In this document: positions 24,324-37,759 of the stretch, one piece after another | Numbering within the stretch: the first letter of the stretch is position 1 | How the letters are laid out: each line of letters starts with the position of its first letter | NCBI GenBank assembly: GCA_038087875.1 | Contig: CM075995.1 | Span: 8,124,001 to 8,188,000 of the forward strand | From: Malacoraja senta | Taxonomy: Eukaryota | Direction: 5' to 3' | DNA: 64,000 nucleotides | The notes under the pieces: model-generated | Told to the model about the DNA's origin: nothing | The model's input: only the letters and a program-made list of their open reading frames with translations | Databases searched by the model: none | Position numbers and translations under genes: made by a program

Positions 24324-25991
24324 GTGAGTAGCGCTCCCAACCTAACGGTGCAGACTTGTGCAAGCGACGGCATTTCAGCAGCGCACATTGAGTGTGTGCT
24401 TATAAATAGTCACAGAGTCTTACAGTGTGGAAACAGGCCCTTCGGCCCAACTAGCCCAAACCGACCAACATGTCCCATCTACACTAGTCCCACCTGCCTG
24501 CGTTTCGCCCGTATCCCTCTAAACCTGACCTATCCATGTACCAGTCTAAATGTTTCTTAAACGTTGTGATAGCACCTGCCTCAACTCCCTCCTCTGGCAG
24601 CTTGTTCCATACACCCACCACCTATTGTGTGGAAAAAGTCACCCCTCAGGTTCCCATTAAATCTTTCCCTATTTCACCTTAAACTTTTATTCAGAACAAA
24701 ACAGAGAATTGTGCAAAAACTGCAAGTTTTCCTTCTGCATAGTTGATTGGGGATGATCAGCCATGATCACATTGAATGGCGGTTGCTGGCTCGAAGGGCC
24801 AAATGGCCTGCTCCTGCATCTATAGTCTATTGTCTAACTCATTTGTACATGCTCAGTGTCTATGCGTCTTAGGGTGGTGCAGCGGTGGAGTTGCTGCCTC
24901 ACAGCACCGGAGACCCAGGTTCGATCCCGACCACGGGTGCTGTCTGTATGGAGTTTGTACGTTCTCCCCGTGACCTGCTTGGGATTTCTCCAGGTGCTTC
25001 GGTTTCCTCCCACACTCCAAAGACGTATACGCTTGTACGTTAATTGGCTTGGTGTCATTGTAAACCCTAGTGCGTGTGTAGGATAGTGCTAATGTGCGGG
25101 GATTGCTGGGTCGGCATTGACGGTGGGCTGAAGGGCCTGTTTCCGCACTGTATCTCTTCTCTAATCTAAACTATGCATTCAATAGTAGCTATTGGTGTCC
25201 ATCTTCGGTGTAAACCAGCATCTGCAGTTGCTTCCTACGCATAACTTTGTTATTGGACTGGCCTATTTTATTGTGTGTTTCTAAATCTCATCCTTTATAC
25301 TGGTCTCTAAAATCCTACCAACCACTGAAGTCAGGCTAACCAGCCTATAGTTTCCACTTAATGTAGACACAAAAAGCTGGAGTAACTCAGCGGGACGGGC
25401 AGCATCTGGAGAGAAGAAATGGGTGACGTTTTAGGTCGAGATTAGGGATAATAACCAGTGGAGAGATAAAGAACAAATGAATGAAAGATATGTAAAAAAG
25501 TAAAGATGATAAAGGAACAGGCCATTGTTAGCTGTTTGTTGGGTGAAAATGAGAAGCTGCTGCGACTTGGGTGGGGGAGGGATAGAGAGAGAGGGAATGC
25601 CGGGGCTATCTGAAGTTAGAGAGATCAATATTTATCCCACTGGGCTGTAAGCTGCCCAAAACACCCTGGTCACTCCTACTTCAGTGTCTGAACAGCAGCT
25701 AGAGATTTGGAAAGGCAGCAGTTAGTTTGGTTGTCACTTTATTAGAGTCTTTCAGCGTGGAAACAGACCCTTCGGCCAAATGAACCAGGGAATGAGTGGG
25801 TTAATATATGATGAGCGTTAGAAGGCACTGGGCGTGAGACTTCCGGTGGCGCTATGGAGGCTTGAGTTCAGCGCCAACTAGCTCCGTGCCGAATTAAATT
25901 AAAACGGGAGAAAATCGGGTCTTACCTGCAGCGATCGCGATCTGAACGGCTGCCTGCCGCGTGACGTCATCAGGAGCGCGACTTGGACGGT

Positions 25992-27041
25992 ATGTCGACA
26001 CAACGTTCCCCCCCCTCCCGTGGGACACAAAAAAAAACGCCTAAAGGGAAACCCCAACCGATGGAAGAGGAAGGCCCAACTGAGGCCTCGGCCTCAGGTA
26101 CAATGACTGCCCAGGAAGACCCTCCGAAGAAAACAAAGCAGAAAAAGACTGAAATGGATGATCTTAAAGCTTTTCTCGCTGCAGAATTGAAAACCTTTGG
26201 AGTGAATTTTATAGAGGATTTTAAAGAGGAACTTAACTCTTTTAAGGTAGATTTTAAAGCAGAAATGCTTTCTCCCGTTCAAGAAATACTGGAAGTCTGG
26301 AAGAGGTCGAGGGAGGAGGAGGTCGAGGAACAGATGGAAGTGCTGGAAGCAAGGCTCGTTTCGGTGGAAGCGAGCGTTAAAATGGAGGTGGCCCCCATTC
26401 ATCAAGAACTCGAACAACATAGAACAGCGATAACCGAACTTGAGAAATGGGCGGCGACAAGTGGGGAAACTGTAGGTCGACTCATTACTGAAAACCAACG
26501 CCCCACCGATATGGTGATCAAATTAAGTGATAAATGTACCGATTTGGAGGGGCGTCAAAGACGTAAGAATCTAAGAATTGTAGGGGTGAAAGAAGGAAGT
26601 GAGAGGGAAATGGGCCCTCGAGATTTTGTGGCAGACCTACTACAAAAAGTCTTAAATTTGGATCAAAAACCTTTACTCGGGCGAGCTCATAGAGCGCAGC
26701 GGCGTCGTACACAAGATGATGCCCATCCAAGACAAATTATCGTAAAGGTGCAACTGGATCATGAATTTGACGAAATAATGAAGAAAATTGTCCGAGGCGG
26801 ACAGCTCCATTTTGAAGGTGTGAGGTTCAGTATCTACCGAGATTATCCGGCAGAGGTCATCAAGAAAAGGGCGCTGTTCACTGAGACAAAAAGAATACTG
26901 AAGAATGTACCTGATTTGAGATACGGCCTGCTCTACCCCGCAAGACTAAGAGTCACCTACAAGAACAAGGAACAATTTTTTACAGACCATGAAAAAGCAC
27001 TGGAATTCGCCAAAGAAATTGGGAACGTGACCGCAGACTGA
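25992..27041 (+). CDS. L1 ORF1 protein
   Basis: Open from ATG 25992; coiled-coil region, LEGRQRRKNLRIVGVKE, RAHR, YPARLRV motifs typical of L1 ORF1p. Confidence 0.92.
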   Translation: MSTQRSPPSRGTQKKTPKGKPQPMEEEGPTEASASGTMTAQEDPPKKTKQKKTEMDDLKAFLAAELKTFGVNFIEDFKEELNSFKVDFKAEMLSPVQEILEVWKRSREEEVEEQMEVLEARLVSVEASVKMEVAPIHQELEQHRTAITELEKWAATSGETVGRLITENQRPTDMVIKLSDKCTDLEGRQRRKNLRIVGVKEGSEREMGPRDFVADLLQKVLNLDQKPLLGRAHRAQRRRTQDDAHPRQIIVKVQLDHEFDEIMKKIVRGGQLHFEGVRFSIYRDYPAEVIKKRALFTETKRILKNVPDLRYGLLYPARLRVTYKNKEQFFTDHEKALEFAKEIGNVTAD

Positions 27042-27507
27042 AGAATTTACATTATCCTTCAGGAGTCGAGGATTAACAGGACCGCCAGATCTAAAAGGAT
27101 CTTTAAAGTTCTTTTAAGAGCTTTAAGGACACTTGAAAACCGAATGGACGGTGGACATTGGAGAAAACCGTGGTGTTTTTTTTTTTTTTTTTTTAATTAA
27201 TTTTTTAAATATTTTTATTAATCACTATTATTATCTATATATTCATATCTAACTATATATGTAATAACTAATACTTATTAAATATCTATATTACTACTAA
27301 AATTATTAACATTTATATTACTCATAAAAATTTAATACTGGGTATGATTGATAACAATGATTAATAACTAATTATTTCTCAATTTAAAATTAAATTTATA
27401 GATTTAGCGAGGATATTAATATGATATGTAGAGTATAACAACATTATGAATTTATGCTGTTCTTGGACTTTTCTGCAGGGATGCGTGCTTGTGTATGTAT
27501 ACATGTG

Positions 27508-27546
<39 letters not shown>

Positions 27547-27968
27547 ATGTATGTATATGTGTGCATATATGTGGGTATGTATATATGTTTGTTACTCCCA
27601 AAGAAATTATTTGATTATTAGAAATAATCCTTTTTTTTTTTTTTTCGGCACGGAGCTGGGAATTTTTTTTTTTACAAAGGCTACGGAAGTCTTTAGAATT
27701 CTAGCCACGTTAGTGTGGCTATCACTAACTACACTAATTGTAGATGTAGTTTTTTTTCTTTCACCCTATACTAACCAATTCTATCACTTTTTTCACTTTA
27801 AATATTTTTATAACTTAATTTTTGAATGGACAAACAAGAATAATACAAGGAGATGTGTTCGGAAGAACGATGTATATGATTTTAAATTCATCTATTTGAG
27901 GTTCAGGAGCAAGGTCAGGTTTTATGTGTTGCACCTTCTGCTCGGTTATAGACCACCTTAGAAATAAT

Positions 27969-30900
27969 ATGCAAGATGTTAATATGACAAGAGGGGGTCA
28001 GGGAATAACATTTTGTAGTTGGAATGTCAAGGGAATCAATGAACCAATTAAGAGAGGTAAAGTCTTGGCACATCTAAATTTAATCAAAGCAGATATTATA
28101 TTCCTTCAAGAAACACACCTTAAAAAGGAATCCCAACACAGACTTAAAGCTAAGTGGATCGCTGAATCATATCATTCCTCCTTTTCCCATAATTCCAGAG
28201 GAGTTTCAATATTAATTCGTAAAGGAATACCTTTTACGAATTTATCAACAATAGCGGATATTGATGGTAGATATATTATATTAGTTGGAGAGCTAAATGG
28301 AGAAAAAGTGATTCTTCTGAATGTATATGGGCCTAATTTTGATAACCCTATGTTCTTTAATAAAACATTTAATAAAATTCCTGAATTTACACAATATAAA
28401 TTAATAATTGGAGGAGACTTCAACTGTACATTAGATTCATACTTAGATAGATCATCAAGGCAAAAAAAAGTAAAATCTCAATCAAGTGTATTTCTAAATT
28501 CATTTATTAATACCACTAATATTAAGGATGTCTGGAGAATAGAAAATCCAACTGGATGGGAATATTCATTTTACTCTCCAGTACACAAAACATACTCAAG
28601 AATAGATTATTTTTTAGTTGACTCCATGTTTATCCCTTTTACTTATAACTCAAAATACCATAATATTATAATCTCAGACCACGCACCTGTAACATTTATG
28701 ATTAAATTAAATGGAATGTCTGAGAAACAAACATATTGGAGATTTAACCCACAAATCTTGAACGAAAGATCATGCCAGGAATACATTATTAAACAGATTC
28801 AAATATTTTTTGAGGTAAATGATAACCCTGACACACCTACTTCTCTTATGTGGGAAACGTTTAAAGCGTTTGTTCGAGGTGCATTAATCTCTGCTCAAGT
28901 ATTTTATAATAAAGAGAACAGGATTAAACAACAAACATTGGAAAGGGAAATCAAACAACTAGATTTAGACAATGCGAGAACGCCATCTATTTCAAAACAT
29001 AATAAAATTGCTGTATTGAAATATAAATTAAATAAAATGTATTCAGAACAAGTAATAAAACTTTATCAAAAAACCAAACAATTACATTTTGAATTTGGAG
29101 ATAAACCACAAAAACTATTAGCACGTCAGTTACGAAAAATGGAAGGGGAAAAAATAATTCATAAAATTAGAACAGAGACAGGAGAATTATTAAAAATGCC
29201 CAAGGACATAAATGAAAGATTTCTCCAATACTATCATAACCTTTATTCAACTAAAACTGTAACACAAACGGAAGGAATAGCAGATTTTTTACTAAAATGT
29301 AATCTAAAAGGTTTAGATTCAAATGATAGAGAATTATTAGAAAGGGAGATTACGATAAAGGATATTGAGGAGTCTATTGGCTCTTTAAAAAATGGTAAAG
29401 CAGTAGGACCAGATGGTTTAGGCTCTGAATTTTATTAAAAAAAATTATGACTTGCTATGCCCACGTTTACAAAGGCTGTATGAGCATATCTATACTCAAC
29501 AGAAACTCCCAGATACTTTAAATGAATCTATAATAACACTTATTCCTAAAGCTGATAAAGATCCGGAAGATCCGGGATCATATAGAGCAATTGCACTTTT
29601 AAATACAGATCAGAAAATATTAACTAAAATACTAGCGCATAGATTAAGTACAGTGATGAATAAAATAATACACTCTGACCAAACAGGCTTTATTCAGAAA
29701 CGGTACTCATATTATAATCTAAGAAGATTATTCAATATTATTTATTCTAAGAGAATTATTAATGAAGATCTAGCAATAATCTCACTCGATGCTGAAAAAG
29801 CATTTGATCAGGTTGAATGGTCTTATTTATTTTCAGTGATGGAAAATATGCAACTAGGGGAGAAATTCTGTACATGGATAAAACTGTTATATACAAATCC
29901 TACGGCTAGAATATTAACAAATCAAAGGTTGTCATCAAAATTCAGCCTATCTAGAGGTTGTAGACAAGGATGCCCGTTATCTCCATTATTATTTGCTTTA
30001 GCTATTGAGCCACTTGCAGAAAGAGTTAGGGGTCATCCGGAAATATATGGGTATATCACAAAGGACACAGTGAATAAAATTTCTCTATACGCAGATGATG
30101 TACTAATTTACATTACAAAACCAGAAATTAGTATTCCAAACTTATTAGAGCTAATAACCCAATTTGGTTCACTCTCAGGATACAGAATAAATTGGAATAA
30201 AAGTGAAATTATGCCAATAAGGGAACATAACAAACACATAAGACAACAATTTCCATTTAAAATAGTAAACGAAAAATTTAAATACCTAGGTATTTAACTA
30301 AGATATATACATCATTATTTAAAGCAAATTTCCCCCCATTACTGAATAAACTGCATAAGAATATTCAATACTGGAAAACACTTCCTATCTCAATGATTGG
30401 CAAAATTAATGCCATAAAAATAATTTTTTTACCGCAAATATTATACCTTTTTCAGACAATTCCGATATATTTGTCAAAAAACTTTTTTTTTAAATTGGAC
30501 TCTATTGTTAATGATTTTATCTGGGATTATAAGAATCATAGGATAAACAAAAGACATTTGTGTAAATCAAAAATAAATGGAGGTTTGGTTTTACCCAACT
30601 TTCTGTTTTATTTTTGGGCAGTTAATATTAAAAATATGAATTTCTGGTTGGAAGAAATAGAACAACAACCAGATTGGTTAAAAATGGAAAAGGAAGATTG
30701 TTTGCCTTTTGATATCGGTTCGATATTATTTGCTACATCTAAATTAAACAAAAAAAATTATAGGGAAAACCCTATAATATTTAGTGCCATACGAATTTGG
30801 AAACAATTAAAAAAGACATTAAAATTAGATAATTTATCACTTTTTCTCCCAATTGTGGATAACCCTTTGTTTAAACCCTCATGGTTGGACAGGGGTTTTA

Positions 30901-31778
30901 CACAATGGAGGAATTATGGAATTAAAAATATGGGACAACTTTATAAGGAAGGCACCTTTCTGACATTTCAGGAGTTGCAACAGACTTATGGACTTCGAGG
31001 AAATGATTATTTCAGATATCTTCAACTCAGAGATTATGTAAAATCGAATACTCAAAACTTTCGAATTAGAAATTCAGAAATTCTTGACGAATGTTGGAAT
31101 AAACATCCTAATACAGAAAAATTAATATCTTATATATATAATATCTTATTAGACAGTGACATTCCATCGACGGACTTACACAGACAAACATGGGAAAAAG
31201 AATTAAATCAAATAATAACAAAAGATACTTGGGAAGAAAGTTTACAACATATACATCAATGTTCATTAAATGCCAGACATTCTTTAATACAATTTAAAGT
31301 AATACATAGATTACATTATTCAAAAACAAAATTACATAAAATCTTTCAACATATCTCACCTATATGTGATAAATGTCAACATTTAGAAGCCACCTTATCT
31401 CATATGTTTGCAAACTGTACAAAAATTAAAAAATTCTGGGTAAATATTTTTAGTATATCTAAAGTGACCAGCACACAAGTGGACCCGGATCCAAAATTTA
31501 TAATACTTGGAACATCAGAATTAAATCAAACATTTACAACAACACAAAGAAACTTTATTGATTATAGTATAATAACAGGAAAAAAATTAATTCTAAAATT
31601 TTGGAAAGGCCCTATGGCCCCAACAATCAAAATGTGGATTATAGAAATGACGGAGACCTTAAACGTGGAAAGAATCAGATTTTCCCTGTTGGACAAACAG
31701 GAATTATTCGTTGGAACATGGTCTCCCTTTATTGATTATTTAAAGGGTCAGAATGGTTCAGCACGGGAACCTGACTAA
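27969..31778 (+). pseudogene. L1 ORF2 (APE endonuclease, RT, zinc finger) with two frameshifts
   Basis: SWNVKG, LQETH, GDFN, SRIDY, SDH; YADD; CDKC...H...C. Broken at ~29436 (homopolymer) and ~30296. Confidence 0.93.
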
Positions 31779-32975
31779 TGCTCGGGCTAAAAAATGGATG
31801 AAATGCTATATTCTGAAATGTACGAATATATCTCGAATGAAGTTTTTTATTTTAATAAATTTTTCCACTCTTCTTTAACTATCTTTCTCTTTTGTGTTTT
31901 TTTGTGTATTTTTTTTTTTTTCTCTCTTTTTCTTCTCTTTCTTTTCTTTCTTTACTTCATCTATCTTTTTAGTTCTATCTAGTTTAAAATTTTAAAAAAA
32001 AGGTAAAAGGTATTGGAGACAATGTAATAATAATTGATAATATTATCATTTTAAAAATGTAAGACTGTAATGATGTTAATAGGTTGTGTACTTATCTCCA
32101 ATAAAAAATATTTTCAAATAAAAAAATAAAAAAAAAGAAGGCACTGGGCGTGTACTCGCTGGAGTTTAGACGGTTGAGGGGGGACCTCATTGAAACATAC
32201 AGAATAGTGAAAGGCCTGGATAGAGTGGATGTGGAGAGGATGATTCTACTGGTGGGAGAGTCTAGGACCAGAGAGCTTAGGCTCAGAATTACAGGCCGTT
32301 CCTTTAGGAAGCAGATGAGGAGAATTTTTTTTAATCAGAGGGTGGTGAATCTGTGGAATTCATTTCCAAAGAAGATTGTGGCGGCTGCCAATGGATATTT
32401 TTAAGGTAGATTAGTACGGGTCAGGGGTTATGGGGAGAATGGGGTTAGGAGGGAAAGATAGAACAGTCATGGTTGAATGGCGGAGTAGACTTGATGGGCC
32501 GAAAGGCCTAATTCTGCTCCTATCACTTATGAACTAACACCATCTTACATTTATATCAAGCCAATTAACCAAAAAACCTGTAAGTCTTTGGAGTGTGGGA
32601 GGAAACCGGTGATCCTGGAGAAAACCCACGCGGGTCACGGGGAGAACGTACAAACTCCATACAGACAACGCCCGTAGTCAGGATCGAACCTGGGTCTCTG
32701 GTGCTGTAAGGCAGTAACTCTATCCCTGCACCACCGTGCCGCCCATCAGAGATCTCCACATTTTCTCCAGGGATGCTGCCCGACCCGTTGAGTTACTCCA
32801 GCACTTCGTGTCTTTTCTTTGCAAACTTGCATCTGCAGTTCCTTGTGCTGATATAATCGCTGGTGTCCCTCGGACTCTCCTTGATCGGACATTGCTGGCT
32901 TTACCTGGCATTAAACGTTATTCCCTTATCATGTATTATTCTATTCACTGTAAATGGCTCGATTGTAATCATGAA

Positions 32976-33782
32976 CAGTGCACTCCATAATGTTTGGGGC
33001 GAAGACACATCATTTATTTATTTGCCTGTGTACTCCACAATTTGAGATTTGTAATAGAAAAAAATCACATGTGGTTTAAGTGCACATTGTCAGATTTTAA
33101 TAAAGTCTTCTGCGGACAATGGTCATTGACAAATCCAAACCTGACTCCTGAAGAATGTTTCTGATCTGTCAGACAGGTGTTTGGGGATTTTTCTTTATTG
33201 TAAAAAGAATTCTTCTGTCATCAGCTGTGGAGGTCTTCCTTGGCCTGCCAGTCCCTTTGCAATTAGTAAACTCAGCAGTGTTCTCTTTCTTCTTAATGAT
33301 GTTCCAAACAGTTGATTTTGCTAAGCCTGAGGTTTGGCTGATGTCTCTTAACAGATCTATTCTTGTTTCTCAGTCTCATAATGGCTTCTTTGACTTTCAT
33401 TGGCACAACTTTGGTCCTCATGTTGATAAACAGCAATAAAAGTTTCCAAAGGTGATGGAAAGACTGGAGGAAAGACTAGGTGCTGAGAGCTCTCTTATAC
33501 CTGCATTAAGGAGGCATTTAAACACACCTGTGCAATTACAAACACCTGTGAAGCCATGTGTCCCAAACATTATGGTGCCATGAAATGAGGGGACTATGTA
33601 TAAACACAACTGTAATTTCTACATGGTGAAACCAAAATGTATAAAAATACCCTTTAATAAAATCTGACAACGTGGACTTTAACGACATGTGATTTTTTTT
33701 CTATTACAAATCTCAAATTGTGGAGTACAGAGGCAAATAAATAAATTATAGGTCTTTGTCCCAAACATTATGGAGGGCACTG
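32976..33782 (-). mobile_element. Internally deleted Tc1-like element
   Basis: TIRs CAGTGCACTCCATAATGTTTGGG / CCCAAACATTATGGAGGGCACTG|TA; transposase N-terminus remnant MRTKVVPMKVKEAIMRLRNK from 33421 on the minus strand. Confidence 0.8.
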
Positions 33783-33785
33783 TAA

Positions 33786-34030
33786 GGGCCTGTCCCACTT
33801 GGCGATTTTTTCGGCGACTGCCGGCATCATTGACTGATGTATCTGGTCAACGAAAAAGTCGCAGCGTGACATGGCGGTGACGCGGCGTGATGACGTATTG
33901 ACGCGCGGTGTTTTTTCAAGTGTCGCAACATTTTTTCTGTAGCTGCTGGATTTTGAAATGTTCGCAATCTTTTTGCGTCCCTGATATGACTCCGGCAGCC
34001 GCCGAAAAATTTGCCAAGTGGGACAGGCCC
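33786..34030. mobile_element. MITE (possibly Harbinger-like)
   Basis: TIRs GGGCCTGTCCCACTTGGC / GCCAAGTGGGACAGGCCC; a related terminus occurs at ~43540-43553. Confidence 0.7.
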
Positions 34031-34152
34031 GTTATTGTTTTTCTGCTGACTGGATAGCATGCGACAAAAAGCATTTCACTGTACCTCGGTACACGTGACA
34101 ATAAACTAAACTGTAAACTGCTACCCTTTCTTTTCCTCTGCGCCGACAGACG

Positions 34153-34522
34153 ATGAGTGATCGTGCCTGTGTTCTGGTCTCCGCACTCAGCGAGACGCAG
34201 GGCGTTCCACGTGCAGACGTTATCAGGGAGCATTTCGACGTCGCCACCATGGAAGAATTTCTGAAGAACAAGGAGCAGCTTGAAAATAAAATCCAGGCTA
34301 TTTTCATGTGGGAGTTTTATCCCATCGTAGATGAGAAGCTTCTCCACTCGCTCCCTGCCCTGAAGGTGATCGTGAACGATGGCGTTGGTGTGGACCACTA
34401 TGACCTGCCTTTGATCTTCAGTTTTGGGGTGAAGGTGGCCAACACTCCTTCTGTGGTGGACGCTGCCACCGCAGACATGGGCATGGCTCTGCTGTTGGCA
34501 TCCGCCAGGAATGTATTGGAAG
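34153..34522 (+). CDS. Dehydrogenase first coding exon
   Basis: Acceptor ...CGCCGACAG|ACGATG (exon starts 34150), donor GAAG|GTAGGT. Encodes MSDRAC...SLPALKVIVNDGVGVDHYDL...VANTPSVVDAATADMGMALLLASARNVLEG; ends phase 1. Confidence 0.92.
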
Positions 34523-35559
34523 GTAGGTGGGCGATGCACCGTGTTTCTGCCGAATGTGCGATAACCTGGAGGGCAGCACGGTGGTGCAGCGGTAGAGTTG
34601 CTGCCTCACTGCGCCAGAGACCCGGGTTCCATCCCGACTACGGGAGTTGTCCGTACGGAGTTTGTACGTTCCCCCCGTGACCTGCCTGGGTTTTCTCTGG
34701 GTGCTCCGGTTTCCCCCCATGTTTGTAGGTTACTAGACCAAGTTGGACCCTTTGGGTCCCTGTCACATGGGAGGCCTGGTCCCCCAATGCAAACCGTTCC
34801 CCAACGCAATATTCCACCCCTCACCCATAGCCCCCACGGGAGGCCTGGTCCCCCAACACAACCTGTTCCCCTTTCTCCAACACAACCCGTTCCCCCAATG
34901 CAATATTCCAGCACTCACCCATAGCTGACAACTGCGCAGGGGCTGCTTATTTCGCCTTATTCAGACTCCCTCATTTTTAAACTTTAAAAAAAAATGCATT
35001 TGAGGAGATGGGGAGAGGAGAGGGGGAGGGGTGGGGGAAGATGAGAGGGGGAGGGGTGGGGGAGAAGGGAGAGAGGGGGGAGGGAGGGAGAGAGGGGGGA
35101 GGGAGGGAGAGAGGGGGAGTGGCAGGAGAGACTGAGAGGGGGAAGGGGAGAGGAGGGGGTAGTGGAGGGGGGAGATGAAGGGAGGAGGAGGCGGGAGAGG
35201 AGGGGGAGGGGGCAGAGAGAGAGAGAGGGCGGAATTGAATTCGGTAAGCGGGCGGCGGGCTAGGGCAGCTGTCGTGACCTCTCTGGACCTCGCGGGATCT
35301 CTGAAGCCCTCGGAAGCCCAGCCAAATTACTGCGTGTTCAGCGGTTTCAATCCAGAGCCCTGGGGGAGGAAGGCGGGGCGCTATGGACGGCCGGCCGAGT
35401 GTGAGTTACGCGGGGGGGGGGGGTGGCGTTACGTAACTCGCAGCTCGTGGAAAACAGTAGCCAGCAAGCTGAGAGTTGAAAACAACGCGCAGCTGGCCGC
35501 GAGGAGCAGAGCCATTGTGAAGTCATCAACTCGTTAGCTTCAGCTGCAATGTAACCCAT

Positions 35560-35952
35560 CAGGAAGTCTGGCTCCGTCCTGGGGGTGGAGTTGGATTCAT
35601 GGGAGGTGGTCTTGGAGGGGAGGATGCTCCTCAAACTGCGGAGCATCCTGGACAGTACAGCTCACCCCCTCCATGACACACTGGTCAACCTGAGGAGCAC
35701 CTTCAGCAACAGACTGGTTCCACTAAGATGCAGCACAGAACGCCACAGAGATCCTTCTTCCTGTGGCTATCAAACTGTACAACTCCTCCCCCTTCTGTCG
35801 TGGGGTAGACTGAGACTGACTTCCCTCTCCCTCCCCTCCCTAAACTTTGCATGTCCCCAATACTTTTCATTTGTCATGTTTCATGTATGTTGTGCTTTAT
35901 GACTGTTGGCAGATCAATATCCCTCCTGGGATAAATAAAAGTTCTATCGTAT
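35560..35952 (+). mobile_element. Rex1-like LINE 3' fragment
   Basis: ILDSTAHPLHDTL...FSNRLV C-terminal motif and tail ending AATAAAAGTTCTATCGTATC. Confidence 0.65.
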
Positions 35953-36237
35953 CATACGGGTTAAACAGACTGTGAGCTAAAATGGAGTTGTCGGTTAAAT
36001 TAGCAGCACTGCATCTCGAACCCTGTTTAGGAAAACAAGTAGATGTTTTGGAACAATGCTCAGGCTAGTTGCAAAGATCCAGTGGATCATGAGGCCACTT
36101 GCGAGGTCAGTGAGATAAGCTTTGCTTTCCCAGAGATATCCCAGACTAGGTTGGTCTGATAGGGCACATAACTGATGCCATTGTGGTATCAAGGAGGATG
36201 GCTAGTTTGACACAGAATCACCCGTTGTTCTTGGAGA

Positions 36238-36273
36238 GGTAGGTAGGTGGTGGTGGTGGTGGTGGTGTGTGTG

Positions 36274-36305
<32 letters not shown>

Positions 36306-36337
36306 TGTGTGTGTCCGTCCGTCCGTCCGTCCGTCCG
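36238..36337. repeat. Compound microsatellite (GGT)n(GT)n(GCGT)n(CCGT)n
   Basis: Directly visible. Confidence 0.95.
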
Positions 36338-36804
36338 TTCTCACAGACAGCTAACAATGGCCTGTTTCCTTTATCATGGCACCTTTTTTTGCGCATCTTT
36401 CATTCATTTGTTCTATATCTCTCTACATCACTCTCTATATCTCTCGCTTCCCTTTCTTGTGACTTTCAGTGTGAAGAAGGGTCTCGACCCGAAACGTCAC
36501 CCATTCCTTCTCTCGACAGATGCTGCCTGTCCCGCTGAGTTACTCCAGCATTTTGTGTCTATCTAGTATTATTTCATCAATGTATTTCGATGCACATAGA
36601 CACATTGTGGTCAGAACATACTGGGGAGCACAATTTATATTATCGTCACTCTTGAGTTTTTTTATGTCGGGCAGCAGTAAAATATATCTCCCCTAACGTA
36701 CGATGAACGTTTGACAGCACTGGGCCTCTACTCGTGGAGTTTAGAAGGATGAGGGGGAACCTCATTGAAACTTAACAAATAATAATGCTTACATGTGTCA
36801 AAAG

Positions 36805-37740
36805 ACAATAAGAGTAGGCCATTCGACCCCTCGAGCCAGCACCGCCATTCAATGTGATCATGGCTGATCATCCACAATCAGTACCCGGTTCCTGCCTTCT
36901 CCCCATATCCCCTGACTCCGCTATCTTTAAGAGGTCTGTCTAGCTGTCTCTTGAAAACATCCAGAGAACCAGCCTCCACTGCCCTCTGAGGCAGAGAATT
37001 CCATAGACCCACAACTCTCTGTGTGAAAAAGTTTTTCATCTCCGTTCTAAATGGCTTACCCCTTATTCTTAAACTGTAGCCCCTGGTTCTGGACTCCCCC
37101 AACATCGGGAACATATTTCCTGCCTCTAGCGTGTCCAAATCCTTAATAATCTTATATGTTCCAATAAGATTCCCAAGAACTCATAGTCGTACAGTATGGA
37201 AACAGGCCCTTTGGCCCAACTTGCCCACGCCAACCAACAAGTCCCATGAACACTGCGCCACTGTGCTACTCCAGCACTTTTTGCCTTTTTTATTCTATTT
37301 GTTTGGTTACTCTGTGTAACAGATACACTTAGCAACAAAAAAACAGGTGCCAGAGTAGGCCATTCGGCCCTTCGAGCCAGCACCGCCATTCAATATGATC
37401 ATGGCTGATCATCTGAAATCAGTACCCAGTTCCTGCATTCTCCCCATATCCCTTGATTCCTTTAGCCCTAAGAGCTAAATCTAACTCTCTCTTGAAAACA
37501 TCCAATGAATTGGCCTCCACTACCTTCTGTGGCAGAGAATTCCACAGATTCGCAACTCTCTGGGTGAAAAAGTTTTTCCTAATTTCTGTCCTAAATGGCC
37601 TACCCCTTATTCTTAAACTGTGTGACCGCTGGTTCTGGACTCCCCAACATGTGGAAAATTTCCTGCATCTAGGCCTGTCCAATCCTTTAAGAATTTTATA
37701 ATGTTTCTATAAGATATCCTCTCATCCTTCTGAATTCCAG
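36805..37740 (-). mobile_element. Two adjacent CR1 3' fragments (~36805-37170 and ~37345-37740)
   Basis: ORFs 36878-37138 and 37419-37682 with FFTQRV..LWNSLPQ and CR1 tails. Confidence 0.85.
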
Positions 37741-37759
37741 TGTTTTTATCTGTGTTTAG

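Larger units (their letters stand above)
25837..32135 (+). mobile_element. Full-length L1 retrotransposon
   Basis: 17-bp TSD AGAAGGCACTGGGCGTG (25820-25836 and 32136-32152); short GC-rich 5' UTR, ORF1, ORF2, AATAAA and A-rich tail; inserted in a CR1 fragment. Confidence 0.97.

Noticed and set aside
34523..34680. C-terminal part of ORF 34153-34680
   Set aside because: Read-through past the splice donor into intron and a SINE.
35955..36240. Unique intronic block tested as the missing dehydrogenase exon
   Set aside because: No GxGxxG-like peptide; the frame after TTTAG stops within about 13 codons.
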